64,000 nucleotides of DNA from Zygnema circumcarinatum SAG 698-1b (Eukaryota; Plantae; Zygnematophyceae), in assembly GCA_037447605.1 (NCBI GenBank), contig CM074819.1, forward strand, positions 1,448,297-1,512,296. Reading direction: 5' to 3'. Within the stretch, counting starts at the first letter, position 1. Each line of letters begins with the position of its first letter. The translations under genes were made by a program, and so were the position numbers. The notes below the pieces were generated by a model. It was not told the DNA's origin. It saw nothing but the letters and a program-made list of their open reading frames with translations, and searched no databases. Positions 24,666 to 35,718 of the stretch are shown piece by piece.

Positions 24666-25933
24666 TTGGGTGTTCAGAACAAGCCCCTGTTTCCCGCCAA
24701 CATCATCATCATCATCATCAACAACAATCATCATTGTTGTCATCATCATGAGGCTTCATTGCCGCCTTTGACGCATATGCTTCAGCTCCGCCAGTTACTA
24801 CTTTTGCCAACAGTTCATCCTCCCTCGACGGGGCTGCCCTTGCAACCTGCTCTAATGGGATAAGCTCAGAGGAGGGCGCGCCAGGTGGAGGGAGGCTCCG
24901 GAGCCAATGCCGCCACCTTCACCTTCATCCCATCGCCTAATGTCCTCGTGGTTTCTCTACTTCTCTAATTTCAGTTCACCACATCAAGTCTCAACAACTC
25001 ATTGTACTACAACTTTCATTGTTTCGATTCAAATCCAATGTTGCGTTCAAGGGCCGCGGAAAGCTCCCTTCCACGGCCAGACGGCCGTACAGCTTGGATT
25101 CCGGAGGTGGATCCAAGGTTCCACCAGCGTTTAACCATACGGACGAGGTTAACCATCGGCGAGGCCAACAAATCTGCCGGCTTGGCGGTGGTTCAACGTC
25201 GGTAGACCCAATGGGCTTCAGACACGTGTTGTACGAGATCAATTGTTTACGCCACGTGGCGCTTGGAAATCCGGTGTAGCTGCGAATCCGAGTGATGGAA
25301 TTGGCGAAGAGAGTGAGAGAGAGAGACGAGAGTGAGGGGGGAGAGAGGGAGAGGGAGAGGGAGAGGGAGAGGGAGAGGGAGAGGAGAGGAGGAGAGGAGA
25401 GGACGAGGGAGAGAGGGAGAGAGGGAGAGGGAGAAGAGGGAAAGTGAAAGGAGAGGGAGAAGCGGGAGAGAGTGGAAGAGGGCGAGAGTGAGGGAGAAGG
25501 AGTGAGGGAAAGAAGGAGAGGGAGAGGGCGTGGAGACAGGGAGGGAGAGGGAGGTCCGATCCGTAGCCCTAAAGCAGCGGCTGCAACCCTTAAAGGAGTC
25601 ATTCTGGATCCGCATGCGAGTCCCGCGCGGGCACGGGCGGTGGTGGGGGCAGCCGCCTCGCCTGCAGAACGAATTAGGGTTTCGGGTGAGCAGGAAATGA
25701 TGCAGGCAATGGTTCTCAGCTGATGGATCATGATCAGGATTAGGGTTAGGGTTGCGGAGATGATACGTAGATAGTCGGAACGTGATGTGATGCATGTAGG
25801 GGTGATGTGCGGCACAGGGTATGCTCCTTGAAGAGCAGAGGGCAATTCGATTCTAATGGTCGGGTTTTCATTCAAAATTTTGATCGTGATTTGCAAGGAT
25901 GTATGGGTAGTGTAAGGCCACCACCCACCATGC

Positions 25934-28900
25934 ATGGCGGATGCATGTAAGTTTATAGATCATGCGGTAGGGAGAGGATTTTGCACATAAAATCTTCACC
26001 TAATGGATGCTGTACGGATTTACGGTGCATTTGCTTCCATGTTAGGGTCTGGTCCTCCGTTAGTTCCAACCTCCGTTACGCCGTGCAGCGAACTACTGTC
26101 ACTGTGCTATTTGCGAGTTTTCATGGCTGGAGAAATTGATTAAAAGGCGGGCGTCTTGGAATGAAGGAACGCGAAATTTTGAAGGCTTAAAGAAACCATC
26201 TTAGACCTAGAGAATTCTTTTAGAAGACTGGAACTGTGCTCACCATAACGAAAAAAATAAGCTTTCTGATTAGCCTGTAGGGAGTCTCCCTTTGTCTTTT
26301 AGAACATTTGAATCCCTTCAATGTCGTCAACTCAAATCTTAATAAACCAAGAACCTCACAATACCTCAAGTTTGTGGGACCGGAAAATCCTTAAACCCTT
26401 AAAGCCCTTCAAAGCCTTAAACCCTTAAAGCCCTGCAAACGTTCCAAATGGTAAGGAGATTCAGAATCCTCATCAGCCCTACAAGCCTAATTGGCACTAA
26501 TTGGCCGCAAACTTCAAGCCCTCCAAAATCTTGATCTATACTTTCTTTGCTTTTTCGTTTAGCAGGAAGTGCAGTTTCTGAATCTCCCCCTCACAAGGCA
26601 CGGATCCAGTTTAACGGACTTGGGGGGAAACTGTATCGAGCATGGGAACCTTCCGTTGCGTTGGTGTTTTCCGTCACAATACTTGCAACTATAACTGCTG
26701 TTTCCATGTGGATACTGCTGCAAGGAAGGGCGGCGGATAACAGCAACTCCTTGTTGATCGCGAAAAAGAAGCCAAGCTCGTTGGGTGAGGGTCCCCAAAA
26801 CTTAAGAAGAAGAAAAGAGAAGCTCAGTGGACCATTAGTAGTAATCTCTAAGTTACTTACATATTGAAACAACCGAATCCCAAACTTTGCAGATTTGAGG
26901 AGAGAAAACTGTTGGGAGAAGCGAATGTGTCGAAGACTTGTACAGAAATCTCTAAAAAGATAAATAGTGGCAAGAGTCCAGCCTTGGAGGAAGTGGTGCA
27001 GGGAAATGAAGAAGTTCAGAAGGAGAATGTGGATGTAAAATATGGAGAGGCAGAGGGATGGGAGGGACAGTGAGGAAGAGGGAAAGGGAGAGGGACTAGA
27101 GAGAGGCAGGGATAGGGGGGAAGGAGGCGAGAGAGAGAGAGACGGAGAGGGGGGGAGGGGAGAGGGAGAGGGCAAGGGGAGGCGAGCGAGGGAGAGGGAG
27201 GGCCAGAGGGGAATAGCAGGGAAGGCAGAGAAAGTGGCGACGAGGGAGATGAAGCGGGTAGGAGGGAAAGGGAGGGAACGAGAGAGAGGGGAAGGAGTAA
27301 GGGTAGCAGAAGGAGGAAGGGGAGGAGGGAGAGACTACAGAAATTGAACAGGCTATGAATGAAGAAGGGAAGCTTTTATTAGAGAAAGGAAATAAAGAAT
27401 GGAATGGACCTTTTGTACGAAAAAACCTCTTAAAATATTCACCTTAATTTTGTAATGAGACCAAATTTATTCTCTGAAAACATTTCAAGTACGTACCAGT
27501 TTACAATATTTTACGCAGAATGTAAATTTTTTCTGAGATGACGATTTTTTTCATTGAATTGGGGCGTAGTTCCCATCAGATGAATTAAGGAGCTGCGATT
27601 TCTATTCGGGAAAATGGGTTCAAGATTTTCGCCGACCTCCGTACGATGGGCAAAAATGCAAAATTTTGGCTCCCCATTGGGCCTGCAGGAGAAGCAATCG
27701 ACCATTTTTTGACTATGAAAATTGGAGCTGGAAACCCAATGGATGTGAAATTCCACTACTTGATCGGGAGGACTTTTTTCAAAGGTTATGAAAATGTTTT
27801 TCACAGCTTATTTTAGACTTATTTTTGGATTTATTAGGGTTTGTTAGGGTTGTTAGCATCGTCTTTCTTTTTGCAAAGGATGTAAAACCTGAACAATGGA
27901 TGGATACATTTCGTTTCTATGCTCATTCGTAACGGTTTTCAGTTCGATCCTGTCTTGTCCTTTCTGCAGAATGAGGAACAGGAGTTTGGCTTTTATTGGA
28001 GACTCTTTAGGACAGCAACAGTTCCAGTCAATGATGTGTCTCCTTGTGGGAGATTCCGTTGAGGATTACGGAATGGTCGATGTTTCTCCGGAATACGGGC
28101 TTGTGAAAGCTCCGGAAGACGCGAGGCCCCCGGGCTACGCTTTCCGTTTTACGGAGTCCAACACAACGGTGCTGTTTTCGTGGTCCTCGTGTCTATGTGA
28201 ACTGGAACGGAAAACGGAAACGGTGGTGGCGATGCATGTGGACCAGCCGGATGTGTTTTTGAAGAGTCGGTGGGGGAAGTTTGATGTGATAGTGCTCAAC
28301 ACAGGGCATCACTGGACCAGGTGAGAGAGTGGGAGGGAGAGGAGGAAGAGAGGGCGGGGGAGGGAGAGAGGGAGGGAGGGAGGGAGGGAGAGGAACAGGT
28401 GAGGTAGTGGGGGAGGGGGAGGGAGAGGGACAAGGGCGGGAAGGGGAGAAAGAGGAACAGGTGAGGGAGGGGGAGAGAGAGGAGGAAGGGGAGGGAGGGA
28501 GGGAAGGGTAGGGGGTGGGAGGAGTGGGAAAAGGGTATGGAGCAGGGAGATAGCGAGGGATGGGAAGGGGTTGGAGGAGGGCGGGTGGGAGGGAAGGGAG
28601 GTGGAGGGAGGGAAACGGGTGGCGGAGGGTGGAGAGTGTGAAATGGGGAAGGAAAGGGAGAAAATGTGAAGAGGATGATGTGGAGAGGGGAGGCAGGAGA
28701 AGAGAAGAAGAAGGTGAAGAAGGTGCCGGGAGGGAGGCAGGCAGGCAGGGAGAAAGGGAGGGAGGGAGGGAGGGAGGAAGGTTTTTGCGGTTAAGTTTTT
28801 AACGTTTCAAGGGTAATAAGTCACTGTGTTTAAGCACATTCATCCTGCCCGTGATTCCTCCCTCCTTTCAAAAAGCGCACTCCTGCCTGAACCACCTCAC

Positions 28901-29247
28901 TGTATATCTCAAATGACCAAAAAACATTCCCCAATCTTAGTCATATCTGTGTGTATATGGCAGAGAAAAGATGAAAAAGAATGGATGGGAGTTCTATGAA
29001 AAAGGGGGCCCTTTTACTCGGCCCAATAAGAGAGCGTTGACCTTGTCCGAAGCAATTGATCGGAGTCTGAGTACTCTCACGGAGTGGATGGATGGGAGGC
29101 TGCGGGAGAGAGAGGAGAGGGAGAGGCCCTTGGTGTTCCTTAGGACTCTCTCAACGCGGCATTTTATGGAGGGAGAGTGGAACTCGGGAGGTCGTTGTGA
29201 TCACCTTCGGGTGAGTGGGAGTGGAGAAAACTCTCTCTCTCTTTCTT

Positions 29248-29311
<64 letters not shown>

Positions 29312-29687
29312 TCTCTGGGGCTCTTGTTCTCGCAGTCTTGCCACTCTGTCTCTTTGACTTCATTTCGGAGGGGAGATTCTGCGTTCCTTTGTGCAGAAAA
29401 TGCTGTCTCCGGAACAAGTCGCCTCCAGACAAGTGAGAGATGTGTCAGCGGAAACCGCCGCTAGCAACACACTCATTCACCTCATGAACATTACGTATCT
29501 GTCTCAGTTCCGTGCAGAAGCTCATCCCTCCACATGGAACTACCGCCTCCTTCCGGGAATTCAAGACTGCTTGCATTGGTGCCTCCCAGGCGTGCCTGAT
29601 ATTTGGAACGAGATGATCTATGCTCACATTTTGATGAGATACGAACGGGAAGGGAGGGACTCCGGCTCGCATGGGAATGGAAGGTAG
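25934..29687 (+). CDS. TBL: Trichome birefringence-like (TBL/PMR5, PC-esterase) polysaccharide O-acetyltransferase, closest in motifs to the TBL14/15/16 group
   Basis: Exons: MADA micro-exon (25934-25946, GTAAGT donor; the start is inferred); TM exon ALVFSVTILATITAVSMWILL; CDFYSGKWVQD...YDGQKC...WAC...WSWKPNGC; MRNRSLAFIGDSLGQQQFQSMMCLL (GDS motif)...VLNTGHHWTR; LVFLRTLSTRHFMEGEWNSGGRC; QDCLHWCLPGVPDIWNEM (DxxH motif). Confidence 0.93.
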
Positions 29688-30798
29688 AGGGGAAAAATAG
29701 ATCGGTGGTAGTGTGTGTATGGACCAACATAGAACATGGTGCTGTAGCTTGAATTTGTTGTAGCATGGGTTTCATTGTACAATGTTTGTGCGAGGTATCC
29801 TACAGGATATGGTTGAGAAGGTGGGTTTCGTTTTTGAAAGAAGTCTATCGTTGACTATAATTTCAGGATCAAAGGTGGGCTGTGGTTCTCACGAATAAGG
29901 AAGCAATAAAGAAGGAGACCGAGATGGCTCCATGGCATTCTTTCATTTCATTCCATTCCATTCCGTTCGGTTCCGTTCCAAAGGTCGGCGTGTTTCCCTT
30001 TTGCTCAATTTTGCTTTTGTTGTGTCGAGGGTGGGAGAAAATCTATAGAGAAAAGCGGTACTAGCTGTATGGCTGTGCGTGATGATGTATATGAGTGACC
30101 GGCGGACGCATGCAGAGAGGAGAGTACATCCAGCAAAGCACTCACAACCCAGAAACATTCACACAAAGACTTCATATGGGACTAACAGTATATCCCAATC
30201 GATATATCTCGATATGTTATTTAATGATATATGGCGATGCTTGGTCAGAGACTGCGCTACGATATATTCCCAAGATCGGTTCGCGGCGCGTCCACCTCTT
30301 GAGCGGACTGCAAGTCCTCCTCGTGGTTCCCCATGCTGCTTTTGTCCATGTACATTTGCTGGCGATCAATGCCACATCCCCTCCGCCTCCTCCTCACATT
30401 CAACTTTATTGCAGCGAACGAAGGGACTTCAACACACCGAAGCACAGCAGCAATTGTCAACCTCTTCTTTGGAATGAGGTGAAAAAATGAGCAGGAAGTG
30501 GCAAGGTTGGCCTGTTCACCCCCTCCACCTGAAACGAGTCCAAGCCACCCCAAAAATCGCCAAAATTCTCCATCGACTCTACTCAAAAAGAGTCTCCAAG
30601 AGGCTCGATAAAGGCGCTTAGGAGCTGCCTAAAGGCTGTCATATGCTCACCTGACGGCTACAAGACTCTCCTAGAATCTGCAGAAGCTGTGCTGTAGAAG
30701 TTTCCCAGAGGAGAGGAGAGAAGAGAGAGAGAGAGAGGGAGAGAGAGAGAGAGTTCTCGGAAGCTGCCCTGAAGCTGCATAGACCGACCTCCCGTCCG

Positions 30799-32541
30799 TC
30801 ACTTTGCATAGGATAACAAAAATATTCCCGAAAGCAGTGCGATTCCCGATACCCAATACAATCGCCGATACGACCCTTGAATTTCTCCGAACAGAAAAAT
30901 TCCCCAAACTCCGGCGACGAATAACCCGCATTGCATTGTTGGGTACGCCACACTATACCCCACTTTCTGCAGAGCGAGGATGGAGCAGATGTTGGAGAGA
31001 CTCCAAATGAAGCCCGCAAGGAGACCGAAGAGCAGAGTCTCCCTCAAATGAAGGTCCGGCATTTCGCGACGAAGTAAATTGGGTAAAAGGTTTACAATTG
31101 GGCCAAATAGGAGCACTCCGATTCCGAAGGAAGGTATGAACCCTAAACCCTGCGCCTCTTTGGGGGCAAAAGTTTCAGGGGCGAGCACAAGGCCGCCGAA
31201 AAGGCCGGTCAAAACGGCAGCGAGAATGCCTTTCTGGAAAGTGGGTTTGGAGGTTTTGGTTTCTGGCAACAAACCAGGAAAAAAAAATAGAAAAATTAGA
31301 ATTAGAATTAAAATTAGAATTAGATTGAAGCAAGTCAGAAGCTGCGGAAAGACATTCAGAGGAGTCGAACGGTGGGGAAAATGTAGGAGCTTGGACAGTA
31401 TAGTTTAAACATTAATACAGAGAAGCTTAAGATAAGCAATCATGGTATAATCCGAACAATTAATCAGAAGAAGAATAACAAAAAGCCAACAGAAACTAAT
31501 TTGGCATGACAATTTTCCAGGTTTTGTCAAAAATTTCAAAGAAGACCCATCGCCCCAATCCCTACGAACTGCAGTTCGATTTTTTTTTTTTTTTTCATTT
31601 CGTTTTTTAGGGCTTTCATTTGATGATTCAAAACTTCACTTGTCATCCCGATGCAAAAGTGGTTCAAAACCGCCGGTTATGACAACCGACATTTCATTTT
31701 GACACTCTTTCTGGAGATTAGATACAGTACCACAGTAATACATTACTTATAGAAATTAGCTGCCTGCATACTGTAACCTTGTAATTTACCAGTCGATTTT
31801 ATACGAAAGAAAGGCTGGTTTTGCATTCATTTCAGAAAATAAATCTGTAGGCGAAGCATTGATAAAGAGGAGGAAGATGGATGACTTTGAGAAATCATGA
31901 TAGTGGGAAGAGAGAGGAGGAGAGGGAGGGGGAGTGGTGGAGAGGAGAGAGTGACAGAGAGAGAAAGCGAGAGAGAGCGGGAGAGGGAGAGCGAGAGGCC
32001 CCTACTCCGACCTACCCGAAGCACCTATGCCATCCTCCACCGGCTCATACGCCCCTCCCACTTCCTCTCCCTCTCTCTCCTTCTCCCACACCTCCGCCTC
32101 TCTCTCCGCCGCCCTCTCCGCATACGCCATAGCGCATATGCTCGCTAGGAGCACCCCCAGTGCCCCTATTGAGACCCAGACCTCCCTCACGCGCTCTTGA
32201 AAGAAGTGCCCGAAAAGGAAGGATACGAGCACAGCCGTCCCGCTCCAAACGCCCGCAGCCGTCGATACGCCGAGCATCTGGACGGCTCTCATCGCCATCA
32301 GGGAGGAGAGGGCCAATAGGAGGCCGCCAGCGAGGCCCTGCCACGTCAGCAGGGGGGCGGGGGTGGGCAGGAGGAGGAGGATAGCGAGGGAGGAGACGGC
32401 GACGCCGAAGTTGAGGTAGAGGTTGAAGATGGGCGGGGCGATGCCTGTGGAAGTGACACGTGGCAGCTTGGAAGGGACGGCGAAGGTTCCATTGGCGACG
32501 GCGGAGAGGAGGGCAAAGAGCATGCCCGTGATGTTGAGCAT
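30799..32541 (-). CDS. TMEM144: TMEM144-like drug/metabolite-transporter superfamily membrane protein (sugar-transport type), 2 exons
   Basis: Exon 1 MLNITGMLFALLSAVANGTFAVPSK...GVSTAAGVWSGTAVLVSFLFG joins in phase 1 (TCG G|GTAGG...CCAG|AA) to exon 2 GILAAVLTGLFGGLVLAP...GLLAGFIWSLSNICSILALQKVGYSVAYPTMQCGLFVAGVWGIFLFGEI. About 10 hydrophobic segments in two halves. Confidence 0.8.
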
Positions 32542-32954
32542 TGTGAGAGGGAGGGAGAGCGAGGGAGGGAGGGAGGAGGGAGAAAGGATCCAGGGAGTGA
32601 GAGAGGGAGGGAGGGAGGGGAGCCAGGAAGTGGGAGAGGGAGGGAGAGGAGAGGGAGGGAGAAGGTGGGAGAGGGGGAGAGGGAGGGAGAGTGAGGCAGG
32701 CAGGGAGTGGGAGAGGGAGGGAGAAGGTGGGAGACGGGGAGAGGGAGGAAGAGAGGGAGGCAGCCAGGGAGTGGGAGAGGGAGGGAGAGGGCGGGAGGGA
32801 GGGAGGGAGGGAGGGACGGAGGGAGCGGGAGGGAGGGAGGGAGGGAGGGAGGGAGGGAGCGGGAGGGCGAGCGGGTGGCGGCGGCTGCCACATGGAACTC
32901 CCACCGACGGGTCAGTGATGAGCCACGACGGACGGGCGCAAAAAGCTCAACCAA

Positions 32955-33215
32955 TCTTCATGTGCCACGTATTATTTTTGGATGACGTGGTGCGCTGGGA
33001 TTGGAAGAGAGCTCTATTTAATGACTTTGGCTGCATGGAATAATAGGCTTGCGCCCTACGTGCGACACGTGTCCTTGTGACCGCCACGTGGCAGAGTGAA
33101 GGCAATTCATAGCCTTATAGCGCTTGTGGTGCTTTTGTCACGTGGCCACCTCTCATTGGCTACGTGCTGGGGGAGAGCCTATCGGCACAGCCCTAACAAA
33201 AACGATGACGTCATG
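32955..33215 (-). promoter_or_regulatory. Cluster of ACGT-core (G-box/ABRE/as-1-like) motifs upstream of the TMEM144-like gene
   Basis: CCACGTA, TGACGTGG, CTACGTG, GACACGTGTC, GCCACGTGGC (33083), TCACGTGGC, CTACGTG and TGACGTCA all fall within about 260 nt. Confidence 0.5.
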
Positions 33216-33352
33216 CATAGGTCCTCTCCGCAAGCGGTCGCAAACCGCTTCGGAAAAATTGACGAAATTTTTCCTCGGCGAATGAAGGGGAGGAATTGGC
33301 CCTCGCTCGATAAAAGTAAAATCTTCGAAAAGTTTGGCGGAACGGGAACCAA

Positions 33353-33512
33353 AACTAGCCACATGGAACATGAGGCTGTCTTCATGAATGCGGGCATGGA
33401 AGGAAGAAACGTAGTGTTGAACATATGACGAACTAGCTACATGGAACATGGGGCTGTCTTCATGAATGGGGGCATGGAAGGAAGAAACTTAGTGTTGATC
33501 AAACATATGACG
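33353..33512. repeat. Tandem duplication of a 78-bp unit
   Basis: AACTAGCCACATGGAACATGAGGCTGTC...AACATATGACG (33353-33430) is repeated at 33431-33512 with a few substitutions and a 4-nt insertion. Confidence 0.9.
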
Positions 33513-35718
33513 GCGATTTGAAATGTGTACAGACGACAAGCAGTAAGATGGGGAACCACGAGGAGCCAACCACTCGCGAAAGTTTCAAGGACGAAGGGGA
33601 CGAGCTCGGCTTGAAAGGTCTCAAACTCACCAACAAAGCCGCTGGTTTGGAGACCCTTTCCTTTTCCCAATTCTCGCGCTTCATTCTCTTCATAACCTGA
33701 ATTTACCTCTCCCACTCTCTCCTCTGTTCAGGGTCACCTCGCTCCCTCAACCACTCCCCCTCTCCCTCTCTCCTCTTTCCCTCTCCTTCTGTCTCGCTCT
33801 CCCTCTCGCTCGCTCCTTTTTCCCTCTCCCTCTCTCTCGCTCTCCCTCTTTCTCTCTTTCCCTTTCCCTCTCCCTCTCTCTCTCCCTCCCCCTCTCCCTC
33901 TCCCACTAGACCCGGCCTCTATTTTCACACCATTCGCCCTCCGTCACGTCACGGAGCTCAGGCCTTTGACAACGGGTTCTCTGGCGATTGTCACGTCACG
34001 TCACGTCACGCCACGCCACCTTTCGCCATGTTCGTCACCGAGTCACGCGCCGTTCTACGAAAGGCCGCGTGACATGACGGATCGTGTCACGCCACGCGGT
34101 CCGAATGAGAGACCAACAAGTCACGTGGCAGCATCTCTCTTTTCTTTGTGGCACAAATTCCGCATTTTTTTTTCGCATTTTTTTTTTCAATTCTAAATTC
34201 CGCATTTGCCTCGTACAAAACGCCTGAAAAAACTCCAAAGTCTGCGGTATCTCCGCCACGTGACATTTGCAATGTACTTTCCTGAGAAACGTGGCACTCT
34301 CGAATTCAGTTTTTCTCGTTTTGTGAGTTTTCAGGAAGGACTTTGAGAAATGCATCGGCACTTCCAGAATCGGAAGACAAAAAAACAAGAACCAATTCAC
34401 ACATCAAGTTCTGGGAACACTAATCGTTTGCACAAGCAAGATTAAGTTTCCATACTAGTTTTTAAAGGCTTTAGGCGCTGAAGGAATTTCGAGGATTTCT
34501 GGGCAATTTCTGAGTTCAGATCTTCTAAGGCCAACCAGGAAGACCCTAATTCCATCGAGCATCATTTCCCCCAACACCGCACAGACGGCAACAGAAGCAG
34601 CTACCAAAGTGTGAACCCGTTCAACAGCACACTGCACTACACCATCGCCACAAATGGAACTGTGTTCTTTTCCCACTGCTATTTCCATGCACAAATTGGT
34701 CAAATCCAATTCTGCCTACTCCTAAGGCTGGCTCGGGCTGGCCTGCCCTCCAAGCCTCCCGAAGCTTATTGTTCCGCGGGACCCCTCCCTCCCATTACCT
34801 AAACAATCCTCCTGCCTGCCTGCCTGCCTGTGCCTGCCTCCCTTGCTAGACATGCTTATTCGGCTGTCTGCCTCAATTGAAAAGCAATTATTAAATGTCA
34901 TTTCCCTCCCCTCCCTCCCTCCCTCCCTCCCTCCCTCCCCTCCTTCCCACCTCCCCCTCCCTCCCTATCAACACAATGCCAAGCCTTGCGGCTCACATTG
35001 GCCTCCCTTTCTCCCTCTCGCTCTCCATGCCCTCTCTGTCTCTCACCTCTCTCCCTCTCTCTCTCTTTCGCACAAGCGACCTAGTCTCCTCCCCCTGACA
35101 ACTAACACCTCACATCTCCCACCCCCTCTCAACGGGGAGGAAAGGCAAAACAAACCACAGACTCCTAGCGCTACCTCCTCTTGATCCTACAAGGGAAAGC
35201 TCGACCCTACGCACCTCTCTAGAACCTTAACCTTTTACTTTTCCGACCCTCGAAAAAATCTCCAGCCATTGCACGCACAATGCTAAGCTACCTTCCCTGT
35301 GAACCTGCTCCACTCTCAACCAATGTGCTCCCTTTGAGAGGGCTCTACCACAGCATCGGGTGAAGAATAGAGCAAAAAATTACACTTCTGGTCTCCAATT
35401 AAACAGCTGAACCGCTTTGTCTCCCCCACGCCCCGATTCTTCTGACGATCAATCTTAAAAACCGGACCTTCTTCCTTCACACACTGGTGTTTCTTGTGGG
35501 CCCCACCACAAAGAGCCGACCATGCTCTTCAATGGAAAAAAAAAAAAAAAAAATCTTCGCCAACCCTTCCCTTCTCCTCCCTCTTCGTCCTTTCTGCTTA
35601 CTTCTCCTTCTTCGTCTTCTCCACCTCTGCCTCCTCTCCTCATCCCTCCCCTCCTTCACTATCATCTCCTCTTCTCAATCACTGTTTTGGTTTTTCGATG
35701 TGTCCTCTTTTCTGTGAA

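Noticed and set aside
26864-27073. ORF MKQPNPKLCRFEE... as a TBL exon
   Set aside because: The phase-1 GTGAG donor after KPSSL joins directly to the DELRSCDFYSGKW exon. I found no consistent splice path through this ORF.
33903-33920. CACTAG as a CACTA element terminus
   Set aside because: No matching inverted end or 3-bp TSD was found.
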